Below are positions 8,682-18,245 of a stretch of 64,000 nt of DNA, piece by piece. The DNA lies in assembly GCA_963818475.1 (NCBI GenBank), contig CAWFSF010000001.1, positions 128,001 to 192,000 on the forward strand, read 5' to 3'. A model generated the notes under the pieces. That model saw only the letters and a program-made list of their open reading frames with translations, made no database searches and had not been told where the DNA came from. Positions within the stretch are counted from its first letter, which is position 1, and every line of letters starts with the position of its first letter. The position numbers and the translations under genes were made by a program. Source of the DNA: Nitrospirota bacterium. Its GTDB lineage: Bacteria > Nitrospirota > UBA9217.

Positions 8682-9764
8682 CTATTCTGCGATCAGTTCC
8701 CGAAGCTGCTGCTCTTCCCACGCTTTCGTGATGACCACCTCGCCGATCCTCTTCGGCAGCACGAACTTCACCTTGCCTGCCTCCGCCTTTTTGTCGATCT
8801 GCATGGTATCCATCAGTTCCTGCACCGTCGGCTTCCGGCTGAGCGCACGCAAGCTCGTAGGCAGGCCATAGGATGCAATGAGTTTTTCAACGCGTTCAGG
8901 CACAGAAGCATCACATAGCCCCGTACGATGTGCCAGACGGGAGGCGTAGACCATGCCGATGGCAACAGCCTCTCCGTGGCGCATGGTGTAGTTTTCGGCT
9001 TTCTCGATGGCGTGGCCCACGGTATGGCCGAAGTTCAGGACCGCGCGGAGGCCACCTTCGCGCTCGTCTTTGCCGACCACCTCCGCCTTGATCTCGCAGG
9101 AGCGTCGGACAACATGGGTTAACGCTTCTATATCAAGCCCGAGAATCCGGTCGCGGTTCTTGTCCAGGTAGTCAAAGAACGCCCCATCCCAGATCACGCC
9201 GTACTTGATCACCTCCGCCATGCCGGAGAGGAACTCGGCTTTCGGAAGCGTCTTGAGCACCTCGAGGTCCATCAGCACCTTGCGAGGCTGGTGGAAGGCG
9301 CCGATCATGTTCTTGCCCATGGGATGGTTCACGCCGGTCTTGCCCCCGACGCTGCTGTCCACCATGGCAAGGAGCGTGGTCGGCACCTGGACAAAGGGTA
9401 TGCCGCGCATGAACGTGGCTGCGGCAAATCCGGCAAGGTCGCCGATGACGCCGCCGCCGAGCGCGACGAGCAGGGACCTGCGGTCGAAGGCGTTGGTAAG
9501 GAGCGCCGTGTAGATGGCGTTGGCCCAATCCAGGTTCTTGTACTGCTCGCCGTCGGGAATGAGGATGGACATGACCATGAAACCCTGCGCCTTGAGGCTG
9601 TCCACTACCCGTTTGCCGTAGAGCTCCTTGACCGTGGGGTTGACGACAACGGCGATCTTCTGCCCCAGGCCGAGGCCTTTGATCTGCGGGCCTGCCTGGT
9701 CGAGGCTCATGCCGATCTCGATGTCGTAGCTTCTCTCTCCCAGGGGTACGTTAACAGTATGCAT
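8682..9764 (-). CDS. aroB: 3-dehydroquinate synthase
   Basis: GGGVIGDLAGF, PTTLLAMVDSSVGGKTG, LNFGHT and HGEAV motifs. Confidence 0.97.
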   Translation of the reverse strand: MHTVNVPLGERSYDIEIGMSLDQAGPQIKGLGLGQKIAVVVNPTVKELYGKRVVDSLKAQGFMVMSILIPDGEQYKNLDWANAIYTALLTNAFDRRSLLVALGGGVIGDLAGFAAATFMRGIPFVQVPTTLLAMVDSSVGGKTGVNHPMGKNMIGAFHQPRKVLMDLEVLKTLPKAEFLSGMAEVIKYGVIWDGAFFDYLDKNRDRILGLDIEALTHVVRRSCEIKAEVVGKDEREGGLRAVLNFGHTVGHAIEKAENYTMRHGEAVAIGMVYASRLAHRTGLCDASVPERVEKLIASYGLPTSLRALSRKPTVQELMDTMQIDKKAEAGKVKFVLPKRIGEVVITKAWEEQQLRELIAE

Positions 9765-10266
9765 GCTTTATTCTCTCTTTGATCTCGCTGATGATCTGGT
9801 CCACGGATTTTTCCGATGTGTCGATGGTGATGTCCGCCTGTGCATAGAACCGGGCCCGGCTGTCGAGCATATCTTTGATCTTCGCCAACGGGTCCGGGGT
9901 CTGGAGCAGGGGGCGGTGGGTCTCATGCTTGATACGGTCGAAGATCACCTCGGGCCGAGCCGAAAGACAGACGACGAGTCCCGCTTTTTTGAAGGCCTCG
10001 CGGTTCATGTCCCAGATCACGGCGCCGCCGCCGGTGGAGACCACCTGACTCTCGCGCTCCGTGACCTCCCGGATGATCCTGGCCTCGATCTCACGAAAAT
10101 AGGGTTCGCCGTGCTTTGCAAAGATCGTTGTGATGGTCATGTGCTGGTCGGCTTCGATAAGCGTGTCTGTGTCGACGAAGGCATAGCCGAGGTCCTTTGC
10201 CAGCTGCGTTCCCACGCTGGTCTTGCCGACGCCCATAAAACCGGTCAGAATGATATTTTTGAACAT
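9751..10266 (-). CDS. aroK: Shikimate kinase
   Basis: GFMGVGKTSVG P-loop, STGGG and RPLL motifs; start taken at MFKNIILTG. Confidence 0.95.
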   Translation of the reverse strand: MFKNIILTGFMGVGKTSVGTQLAKDLGYAFVDTDTLIEADQHMTITTIFAKHGEPYFREIEARIIREVTERESQVVSTGGGAVIWDMNREAFKKAGLVVCLSARPEVIFDRIKHETHRPLLQTPDPLAKIKDMLDSRARFYAQADITIDTSEKSVDQIISEIKERIKHAYC

Positions 10267-10331
10267 TGCGGAGTTTACCACAGATGGCCTGAAAAAAAAA
10301 GCGGCCACTCATCTTTCAGCGGTCGCTCTTT

Positions 10332-10366
10332 TCTCACCTCTCACTTCACACGTCTCACTTCACACT
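10332..10366. repeat. Tandem heptamer array (TCWCACB x5) right after the aroC stop
   Basis: TCTCACC TCTCACT TCACACG TCTCACT TCACACT. Confidence 0.75.
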
Positions 10367-10372
10367 TCGACG

Positions 10373-11563
10373 CTACCACTTCCCCGGCATCTCTTCAACA
10401 TCCATCCGGGTGTTAACATGCCTCATGTAGGAACAATAATTCCGCTTCATCTCGTCGATGCTGTCGCCGCCGAACTTCTCGATCATGGCCTGGGCGATCT
10501 CGAAAGCGACAACAGCCTCGCCGACCACGCCTGCTGCGGGAACCGCGCAGACATCGGAGCGCTCGATGCTTGCCTTAAAGGGTTTTTTGGTCGCCATGTC
10601 CACGGAACGGAGCGGCTTCATGAGCGTTGGAATGGGCTTCATGGCAGCGCGGAGCACGATGGGCTCGCCATTGCTCATGCCGCCCTCAATGCCGCCGGCG
10701 TTGTTCGTTTTGCGGTTAAAGCCTGTTTTTCTGTTCCAGAAGATCTCGTCATGCACCTGCGAGCCCGGTTTGTTCGCCACGCCGAACCCGGAACCGACCT
10801 CAACGCCCTTCATGGCCTGGATGCTCATGAGCGCTCCTGCAAGTTTCGCGTCAAGCTTCCGGTCCCAGTGCGTATGGCTGCCGAGCCCGATGGGCGCGCC
10901 GGTGACGATCAGCTCGACCACTCCGCCCAGGGTATCGCCGGCAGTCCGCGCCTCGTCGATCCTGCGCATCATCCGCTTCTCCGCTTCAGGATCTGCGCAA
11001 TGCAGTTCCGAGGCCTCGGCCCGCTTGCGAAGCTCCTGGAACGACACCTGCGGCACCTTGGCAAAAATGCCGCCGAGGTTCACCACATGGCTCGTCACCT
11101 CGATGCAGAACTCTTCAAGCAGCCGCTTCGCAACAGCGCCTACGGCAACGCGCATGGCTGTTTCCCGCGCACTCGAACGCTCAAGGATGTTGCGGACGTC
11201 TGCGGTGTTATATTTCAGGGCGCCTGCCAGGTCAGCATGGCCGGGCCGGGGCCGGGTAACGGCTTCGGCGGAGTTCAGGAACATCGGATCAGCGGACATC
11301 TTGGCGCGCCAGTTCTCCCAGTCCTTGTTGCGGACCATGAGCCCGATGGGGCTTCCCAGCGTTTTGCCCCAGCGCACACCGGTGTAGATCTTGACCGTGT
11401 CTTTCTCGATCTTCATGCGGCCACCGCGGCCATATCCGCCCTGTCGCCTGGCCAATTCCTGGTCGATGTCCGTGATCCTGATCAAGAGACCTGACGGCAT
11501 CCCTTCAAGGATGCCCATGAGCAACTCGCCGTGGGACTCACCGGCAGTCAAATATCGCAGCAT
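10373..11563 (-). CDS. aroC: Chorismate synthase
   Basis: [29 protein letters not shown] and ERSDVCAVP motifs. Confidence 0.97.
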   Translation of the reverse strand: MLRYLTAGESHGELLMGILEGMPSGLLIRITDIDQELARRQGGYGRGGRMKIEKDTVKIYTGVRWGKTLGSPIGLMVRNKDWENWRAKMSADPMFLNSAEAVTRPRPGHADLAGALKYNTADVRNILERSSARETAMRVAVGAVAKRLLEEFCIEVTSHVVNLGGIFAKVPQVSFQELRKRAEASELHCADPEAEKRMMRRIDEARTAGDTLGGVVELIVTGAPIGLGSHTHWDRKLDAKLAGALMSIQAMKGVEVGSGFGVANKPGSQVHDEIFWNRKTGFNRKTNNAGGIEGGMSNGEPIVLRAAMKPIPTLMKPLRSVDMATKKPFKASIERSDVCAVPAAGVVGEAVVAFEIAQAMIEKFGGDSIDEMKRNYCSYMRHVNTRMDVEEMPGKW

Positions 11564-11861
11564 TTCCCCTCCCAAAAACCCTTGAATTCCTTTAAAAACG
11601 CGGTCATCATAGCAAATCCCTGCAAGAAGTGCAACGAAAAGTATGGCGTTTTCGGGGTAATTTAAGGGTAATGGAAGGGTCTGTTTCGACTTTTTAGACA
11701 TCGAAGCTCAATTTTCAGCGGGGAAAAAGGCGGTTCTCTGCCATAAGGCCGCATCTGCCCTGTTATCAGTTTTTGACATGGAACCAAAGGATTTACTGTG
11801 CTATAGTACCCGTTGTAAAAATGCTGAAACGGCGGTCTTCGCCCGGAGGTTCCAGGATCCT

Positions 11862-12593
11862 ATGATCGCACTGCTCTGTTCCGTGCAGGCCGAAGCAGAC
11901 CTGCTGCTGTCAACCATGACCGTGACGGGCACCCTTCAGCTCGGCGCAAAATCGATCATTATGGGGAAGCTCTCGGGCCGCGAGATCAGCCTCTGTGTCG
12001 GCGGCATGGGCAAGGTGAACGCTGCTCATGCGGCGACGCTGTTGCTTACCCATGCAAACGCCGAGGCCCTTATCGTTTTCGGCATTGGCGGGGCCTACCC
12101 CTCCTCAGGCGCGAACGTCGGAGACCTGGCGCTTGCAAAAGAAGAGGTCGCCGGTGATGAAGGCGTTCTGACACCTGACGGTTTTAAGGACACAAACTAC
12201 ATCGGCATCCCGCTGCTCAGGACACCTGCTTCGGTTATATACCATACCTTCCCTGCTTCCGAAACGCTTTTGGAACAGGCACTGCAGGCCCTCTCCTCCC
12301 GGCAGGTTGCAGCGGGCAACCGCCTCCATATCGGCACGTTCATCACACTCTCGACCTGCACCGGCACGTCATCGCGGGCGGAGGAACTGGAAGTACTCTA
12401 TCATGGGTTGTGCGAAAACATGGAAGGCGCTGCCGCGGCTCAGGTGGCGACATTTCACGGCATCCCCTGGCTCGAAATACGCGGGATATCGAACATCGTG
12501 GAAGACCGGGATATCACCAAATGGAAGATTCCCCAGGCCGCGGAAGCCGCTCAAAAGGCGGTTATCGCTCTCCTGAACGAGTGGGACAGATGA
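11862..12593 (+). CDS. mqnB: Futalosine hydrolase (MqnB / MTAN family)
   Basis: GMGKVNAA, GIGGAYP, ENMEGAAAAQVA and RGISNIVEDRD motifs; adjacent to mqnD. Confidence 0.88.
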   Translation: MIALLCSVQAEADLLLSTMTVTGTLQLGAKSIIMGKLSGREISLCVGGMGKVNAAHAATLLLTHANAEALIVFGIGGAYPSSGANVGDLALAKEEVAGDEGVLTPDGFKDTNYIGIPLLRTPASVIYHTFPASETLLEQALQALSSRQVAAGNRLHIGTFITLSTCTGTSSRAEELEVLYHGLCENMEGAAAAQVATFHGIPWLEIRGISNIVEDRDITKWKIPQAAEAAQKAVIALLNEWDR

Positions 12594-13432
12594 GCCGGAC
12601 CCTGACCATAGGCTACTCTCCCTGCCCGAACGACACGTTTATTTTTTATGCGCTCATTCACGGAAAGGTGACAGTTCCGGGCATCACCTTCCGGGAACAG
12701 CTCGAGGATGTGGAGACCCTGAACCGCATGGCGCTCGAGAACAGGCTGGACCTCACCAAGATCTCCTACCATGCGCTGGGCCATCTGCGCGAGGCCTATG
12801 CTCTGCTCCGCTCCGGCGGCGCGCTCGGCAGGGGCTGCGGTCCGCTCATTATCGCCCGGCCCGGAACGAAGCTTTCGGACCTGAAGCACGGTGTCATCGC
12901 CATTCCGGGCAGACTCACGACGGCTTATCTGCTGCTTCGCCTCTTCGACCCCTCCCTCGAAAACGTGGCCGTCATGGCCTTCGACCACATCATGGACGCA
13001 GTTTCGAGCGGAGAGGCGACTGCAGGCCTCATCATCCATGAAAGCCGTTTCACCTATCCGCGCTACGGACTTGAAAAGCTGCTCGACCTCGGCGCCTGGT
13101 GGGAAGAACACTCGGGTTTGCCGATCCCCCTGGGCGCTATCCTCGGCAGGCGCTCGCTCGGCCGTGACCTCCTGCTCAGGATCGAAGCGGGCATACGCAA
13201 AAGCGTGCAATACGCCTATGCCCATCCGGAAGAAGTCATGGGCTATTGCGGGATGCACAGCCAGGAGATGGACCCCCGGGTGATGAAGAGCCACATCGAC
13301 CTCTATGTGAACGATTTCTCGCTCGATCTCGGACAGGAGGGGCTTGCGGCAGTGCGCAGGCTCTTTCACGAGGCCGAAGAACGCGGCATTTTTCCTCCGT
13401 CTGATAAACCGCTTCTCGCGGAAGAGGCATAA
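12590..13432 (+). CDS. mqnD: 1,4-dihydroxy-6-naphthoate synthase
   Basis: GYSPCPNDTFIF, GALGRGCGPL, IIHESRFTY and HIDLYVN motifs. Confidence 0.95.
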   Translation: MSRTLTIGYSPCPNDTFIFYALIHGKVTVPGITFREQLEDVETLNRMALENRLDLTKISYHALGHLREAYALLRSGGALGRGCGPLIIARPGTKLSDLKHGVIAIPGRLTTAYLLLRLFDPSLENVAVMAFDHIMDAVSSGEATAGLIIHESRFTYPRYGLEKLLDLGAWWEEHSGLPIPLGAILGRRSLGRDLLLRIEAGIRKSVQYAYAHPEEVMGYCGMHSQEMDPRVMKSHIDLYVNDFSLDLGQEGLAAVRRLFHEAEERGIFPPSDKPLLAEEA

Positions 13433-13448
13433 ACTTACGAACGGCAGT

Positions 13449-13573
13449 TAGCCACAGAAAGCACATAAGTCACAAGGACAAAACAAGAAGCCGAAACGAC
13501 AGAGTTATCACGGCACCAGTGAGGTATTTCCAAAACAAGTGTCCTTTTTGTGATTTCTGTGCATTTTGTGGCT
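13449..13573. repeat. Inverted repeat built from 9-nt periodic units
   Basis: AGCCACAGAAAGCACATAAGTCACAA ... TTGTGATTTCTGTGCATTTTGTGGCT. Confidence 0.7.
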
Positions 13574-13805
13574 CACCTGCACTTTTTAAGTCTATCCGCA
13601 TTTATCATAGCCTTTATCGGATTCTTCCGTGTCAAAGGTTTTCCTTTTTTGTTGTAGGCCCTAGGCCGTTACTATGATATACTGAGGCGTTTTTCATGCC
13701 CGCATTGACTGGATCAGCTCGAGATGCTGCAATGCCTTATCGAGAACCGCATCGTCCCCGAGATCGCCTAAGCCTGCCCAGAAGTCATAAGAGAAAAAAC
13801 TTTTT

Positions 13806-13883
13806 TATCCGCAGATTACGCAAAATTGACGCAGATTAATGCAACACGATCAGGTTCGATTTAATCTGTGAAATCTGTGGATA
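13806..13883. repeat. Second inverted repeat with roughly 9-10-nt period
   Basis: TATCCGCAGATTACGCAAAATTGACGCAGATT ... AATCTGTGAAATCTGTGGATA. Confidence 0.65.
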
Positions 13884-13954
13884 CAATATTGACCTGAGCA
13901 GTTACTTTTTCCCGCCTTTTCCTTCATCGAAAGACCCACACACGCATCTCATTC

Positions 13955-13984
13955 TTGACACTCCCCCCGCACATGGACTATTAT
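13955..13984 (+). promoter_or_regulatory. Sigma-70 promoter for moaDE, probably leaderless
   Basis: TTGACA-18-TATTAT, ending 5 nt before the ATG, with no SD. Confidence 0.6.
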
Positions 13985-13989
13985 TAACC

Positions 13990-14661
13990 ATGATCACCGT
14001 AAAACTATTTGCCATGCTGAAAGAACGGGCCGGTTGCGATGAACTGCGGATCAATGCCGGACCGGTCACGATCGCTGAGCTGTTGCTTACGGTCGCGAGG
14101 GAGCACCCGGCCCTTTCCGGCCTGCTTTCTCAGGGGCGGGTCATGACCGCCCTGAACCACGAACTGGTAAAGCCCGATGCACGCGTCAAGGATGGCGATG
14201 AAGTGGCGCTTATGCCTCCCTTCTCAGGCGGCAGCGCTGCAGGGCATATCCGCATCCAGGAGGCTACCTTCTCGCTGGATGAGGAGACCGACCGCCTGAA
14301 GGGCTCATCAAACGCCATTGGCGCCATCGTCACCTTCCTCGGCACGACCCGCGACATTTCGCGCGGGGCGGAGGTGTCACAGCTCCAGTTCGAGCATTAC
14401 CCGGGCATGGCGGAAAAAAAGCTTACTGAGATCAGGGAACGGGCCATGAAAGAGCTGGGGGCGATCGACGTAACGATCATTCATCGCGTGGGGACCATAC
14501 CGGTGGGAGAGAATATTGTGCTGATCGCGGCAGCCGCAAGCCATCGCGACGAGGCATTCAAGGCATGCCGGTTCTGCATTGACGAGTTAAAGCGGATCAC
14601 GCCCATCTGGAAACGGGAGACGACAAAGGACGGCGAGGTCTGGGTGGAGGAACATCCGTGA
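13990..14661 (+). CDS. moaDE: Fused molybdopterin synthase MoaD-MoaE
   Basis: VKLFAMLKE..DGDEVALMPPFSGG (MoaD) followed by GAIVTFLGTTR..EHYPGMA..HR.EAF.AC..IDELK..PIWKRE (MoaE). Confidence 0.92.
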   Translation: MITVKLFAMLKERAGCDELRINAGPVTIAELLLTVAREHPALSGLLSQGRVMTALNHELVKPDARVKDGDEVALMPPFSGGSAAGHIRIQEATFSLDEETDRLKGSSNAIGAIVTFLGTTRDISRGAEVSQLQFEHYPGMAEKKLTEIRERAMKELGAIDVTIIHRVGTIPVGENIVLIAAAASHRDEAFKACRFCIDELKRITPIWKRETTKDGEVWVEEHP

Positions 14662-14666
14662 ACAAC

Positions 14667-14734
14667 ATTTCGGATTGCAGATTGCGGATTGCGGATTAAA
14701 ATCCTCAGACCTTAGTAAATCCGAAATCCGCAAT
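14667..14734. repeat. Heptamer array (ATTKCRG) with inverted copy between convergent genes
   Basis: ATTTCGG ATTGCAG ATTGCGG ATTGCGG ATT ... AATCCGAAATCCGCAAT. Confidence 0.75.
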
Positions 14735-14738
14735 AGAA

Positions 14739-15158
14739 TCACTTCTTCGCTGCTTTTTTCCCGCTCTTCAGGAACACCACGCAGGTCGTGCAATCGTTCT
14801 CCATGCGGCACCGGGTCGTTTCCCAGCAGGGCTTGCCCTTGTCCGTAAATGCCGTACAGACCACCCGCCGTTCGTCAGGGCATTCCTTGATGTCCCAGCA
14901 GGGCGCGTAGTCAAGGAGCTTCTTGATGCCTTCGATGCTGATCTTCTTCGTGTGGATCAGCTCCCGGATGCAGCGCAGCCACTTGATGTCGTTCTCGGTG
15001 TACAGGCGGTTCCTGCGCTCGCGCGTCGGCAGGATCAGGCCGTGCTTCTCGTAGAGCCGGAGCGTCTGCGCGGTCGTTCCCACCAGTTTCGCCGCCACAC
15101 CCATGGTGTAGAGCGGTGCATCTTTGTCTTTGAGAATATCCAGGCTATCCGCTACCAT
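14739..15158 (-). CDS. MerR/HspR-like transcription regulator with C-terminal Cys-rich two-CW domain
   Basis: YTMGVAAKLVG..QTLRLYEKHGL..R..RLY HTH; tail PCWDIKECP..C..PCWETTRC..CTTCVVF. Confidence 0.85.
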   Translation of the reverse strand: MVADSLDILKDKDAPLYTMGVAAKLVGTTAQTLRLYEKHGLILPTRERRNRLYTENDIKWLRCIRELIHTKKISIEGIKKLLDYAPCWDIKECPDERRVVCTAFTDKGKPCWETTRCRMENDCTTCVVFLKSGKKAAKK

Positions 15159-15904
15159 ATGTTTTTTATTTTCTCCCAGAAAGTGATCGAATACGAGGTC
15201 AGGAGCGTCATGCTGTTGGTGATGAGCAAGAGCCCCATGATGATCAGAACAACGCCGCTCGCGATCTTGATCGCCTTGAAATGCGTCTTCAGCCTGCCGG
15301 AGTACGTCAGGAACGCGCCGATCGCCAGCGCGGAAAGGATAAAGGGAATGCCGAGGCCGAGCGAATAGAACATGAGCAGCACCATGCCCCGGCCCAGGGT
15401 GTCGGCCTCCATGGCAAGCGCCAGGACCGACCCCAGGAACGGTCCGGTGCAGGGCGTCCAGCCTGCGCCGAAGATCATCCCGACGATGATCGTGCCGATA
15501 TATCCCGCAGGCCTGCTCTTGAGCTGCAGCTTTGCCTCACGCTGCAGGAACGGGATGTTCACCACGTCCATGACAAAGACGCCCATGATGATGATCAATA
15601 CGCCGCCGACGATCCTGATGACGTCCAGGTACTGCGTGAGGACCTGGCCCATGAGGCTCGCCGTGGCCCCCAGCAGCACGAAGATGATCGAAAAACCGGC
15701 CACGAACGCCAGCGAATGCTGCAGCGTGGTCCGCACGTTCTTTTTTTGCGTCCCAGGGCTCACCAGCTCTTCATAGCTGATGCCGGTGATATAGGAAACG
15801 TAGGACGGGATGAGCGGGAGAATGCACGGAGAGGCGAAGGACACCAGACCCATGAGCAGCGAGAACATCAGAGCATACAGCGTCAATCCCTGAGAAAGGT
15901 CCAT
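15152..15904 (-). CDS. ccdA: Cytochrome c biogenesis protein CcdA (DsbD transmembrane domain)
   Basis: SFASPCILPLIPSY and GWTPCTGPFLG motifs; several TM helices; AAGGGAG RBS. Confidence 0.92.
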   Translation of the reverse strand: MDLSQGLTLYALMFSLLMGLVSFASPCILPLIPSYVSYITGISYEELVSPGTQKKNVRTTLQHSLAFVAGFSIIFVLLGATASLMGQVLTQYLDVIRIVGGVLIIIMGVFVMDVVNIPFLQREAKLQLKSRPAGYIGTIIVGMIFGAGWTPCTGPFLGSVLALAMEADTLGRGMVLLMFYSLGLGIPFILSALAIGAFLTYSGRLKTHFKAIKIASGVVLIIMGLLLITNSMTLLTSYSITFWEKIKNIW

Positions 15905-16158
15905 GCCATCAAACTCCCTTATGATGAGCCGCGGAAAAGATAGGTGGTGCATAATACCAAAGCTTAATCCGGAGAGTCAAGGAAAACTTTTATAAACTGT
16001 GGTTATATATCATTTGCCGCTACGTTTTGTAACGATAAATCCGAGGGACTGAACGCGTTTCTGCGCCGCGAACGGCCATTTTTTTATTGACAGAATCAGC
16101 AGATTTTTAGTATTCTTGCAGTCCCACAGAATACTTTCAGAGGAGGCATTTGATAACA

Positions 16159-16785
16159 ATGTATATAGACCAGCCTGTACGCCATTTTATGGACAAGCTT
16201 GCGAGCAAATCACCGGAGCCGGGCGGAGGCAGCGTGGCCGCGCTCACCGGCGCGCTTGGCGCCGCGCTCGTCAGCATGGTGGCGAATCTGACGCTCGGCA
16301 AGGAAAAGTACAAGGATGTACAGCCGCAGATCGAGGCATTGCTTGCGGAATCGGAAAAGCTCCGCGCCGAGATGCAGGACCTGATCCAGAAGGACACCGA
16401 GGCCTACGGCGCGCTGTCCGCGGTGTACAAGATGCCGAAGAACACCGATGCGGAAAAGGCGGCGCGGACGGCAACGATGCAGGAGGCGCTTAAAAAGGCC
16501 TGCCAGGTGCCGTTCGAGATCGGGATCAAATCGCTCGAGGTCGCGAAGCTCGCGGAGCGGGCAGCCGACATCGGCAACGTCGGAGCGGTGAGCGATGCAG
16601 GCGTGGCGGTGCTGCTCGCCCAGGCCTGCGCCCAGAGCTCGGCGCTCAACGTCAAGATCAACGTCAACAGCATCAAGGACGAGGCGTTCAACAAGGAAAC
16701 CTGGACACGCATGCAGGACGTGCTGAAGCAGGTGGCGGCGCTTGAAAAGACCGTGATGGAAACAACGTATAAAAAGATGGGATAG
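16159..16785 (+). CDS. fchA: Methenyl-THF cyclohydrolase / cyclodeaminase (FTCD C-terminal family)
   Basis: LASKSPEPGGGSVAAL, MVANLT, D.EAY, AVSDAGVA and NVKIN motifs; directly upstream of folD. Confidence 0.85.
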   Translation: MYIDQPVRHFMDKLASKSPEPGGGSVAALTGALGAALVSMVANLTLGKEKYKDVQPQIEALLAESEKLRAEMQDLIQKDTEAYGALSAVYKMPKNTDAEKAARTATMQEALKKACQVPFEIGIKSLEVAKLAERAADIGNVGAVSDAGVAVLLAQACAQSSALNVKINVNSIKDEAFNKETWTRMQDVLKQVAALEKTVMETTYKKMG

Positions 16786-16815
16786 TCTCGAATTTCGGAT
16801 TGCGGATTTCAGAAT
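16786..16815. repeat. Short heptamer array after the fchA stop
   Basis: ATTTCGG ATTGCGG ATTTCAG, same family as the array at 14667. Confidence 0.6.
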
Positions 16816-16851
16816 GCAATCTTAAAATACACTTTACATAAGGAGTCTGAC

Positions 16852-17704
16852 ATGGCGGCAAAACTGTTAACGGGAAAAGAAGTTGCTCAGAAGATGGACC
16901 AGGATATCCAGAAGGACGTCCAGGAGCTGAAGGCAAAAGGCGTCAATCCGGCGCTCAGGATCATGATCGTGGGCGAAGCGGAGGATTCGGTCTTTTACGC
17001 GAACAGCGCGAAGAAGATGGCTGAAAAGAACGGCATCCTCTGCGAGATCGAACAGCTTGCCGGCACCATGAGCCAGGACGAGTTCGTGAACATCCTGAAG
17101 CAGCGGAACGCCGACAAGAACATCCACGGCATCATCGTGATGCGGCCGTTCCCGAAGCAGATCAGCGAGGATGTGGTGAAGTACGTGCTTTCGCCGGAGA
17201 AGGATGTCGACTGCTTCAACCCGGTGAATGCCGGCAAGATCATGGCCGGCGACATGACCGGCTTCCCGCCGGCGACGCCGCAGGCCGTCATGGAGATGCT
17301 CCGGTTCTATGAGATCCCGATGTCCGGCAAGGATGCGGTGGTCATCGGCCGCTCCATGGTCGTCGGCAAACCCATGTCCATGCTGCTCCTGGGAGAGAAC
17401 GCCACGGTCACGGTCTGCCATTCGAAGACCAAGGACCTGCCCGGCGTATGCAGACGGGCGGATATCGTCGTTGCAGCCATCGGCAAGGCAAAGATGATCA
17501 CGACGGATTACATCAAGCCGGGCGCCACGGTCATGGATGTGGGCATCAATCCCGAAGGCGACAAGTTCGTCGGCGACGTGAACACCGAGGCGGTCAAAGG
17601 AAGTCGCCGGGGCGATCACGCCGGTGCCGGGCGGCGTCGGCACGGTCACGACGCGCGTGCTGCTGAAGCATGTGGTCAAGGCGGCGAAGCTGCAGAACCG
17701 GTAA
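16852..17704 (+). CDS. folD: Methylene-THF dehydrogenase (FolD family), +1 frameshift near 17597
   Basis: EKDVDC, PATPQAV, GRSMVVGKP, TVTVCHSKT and DVGIN motifs. After one extra A the frame reads AITPVPGGVGTVTT..TAA at 17702-17704. Confidence 0.92.
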
Positions 17705-17787
17705 GGCAGGGTCACAGGGTTCAGGGGTCAGGGGGAGAAAAGCACCGGCCTTCGATCTCATGCCATATAATCAACTTTCAAAACAAG

Positions 17788-17821
17788 AAACCCGGAAGGC
17801 TTCATGCCCTCCGGGTTTTTT
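17788..17821 (+). terminator. Intrinsic terminator after fchA-folD
   Basis: CCCGGAAGGC-TTCAT-GCCCTCCGGG-TTTTTT. Confidence 0.75.
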
Positions 17822-17823
17822 AA

Positions 17824-17959
17824 GGCTGTTGAAAAACGCATCCGTTGATAGTCTTCGATAAGCTCAGTGCGCACGGCTGGTCATTGAAATCACTTAGCTT
17901 ATATGCGATCGTGAGTGAGCGTGTCAACCACTCAAATGACTTATTTCAACAGCACTGCT
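17824..17959. mobile_element. MITE/REP-like non-autonomous element
   Basis: Perfect 10-bp terminal inverted repeats GCTGTTGAAA (17825) / TTTCAACAGC (17944); internal degenerate CTTCGAYAAGCTCAG palindrome. Confidence 0.55.
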
Positions 17960-18043
17960 AATGTTTCGCTCGCAAATGAGCGGCTTTCTTGACTTTTACA
18001 AAGCATCATACTTACCTATTCCCAAAAACCAAACAAAAAAAAC

Positions 18044-18072
18044 TTGACACGAAGCGCCGGACGCTATATAAA
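18044..18072 (+). promoter_or_regulatory. Sigma-70 promoter of the OMP gene
   Basis: TTGACA-17-TATAAA, about 170 nt upstream of the ATG. Confidence 0.65.
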
Positions 18073-18245
18073 GATAAATACGTATATGTATGAGAATGCG
18101 ATTTTCTGCAACTCCAATGATAGTCAGGGGGTGAAGCTTTTAAAGGTTACACTGGAGTAAGGTAGATTTACCATGAGCGTTTGTTTCAAAAGCCCTGATC
18201 CACTTTTTTCAAGATCCTAAATTCTAAATTAAAAGGAGACATAAG

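Noticed and set aside
13690-13840. Small gene or gene remnant (LDQLEMLQCLIENRIVPEIA, or a 47-aa ORF from 13696)
   Set aside because: It is too short, has no clear RBS, and I cannot assign a family; noted only as a possible scar.
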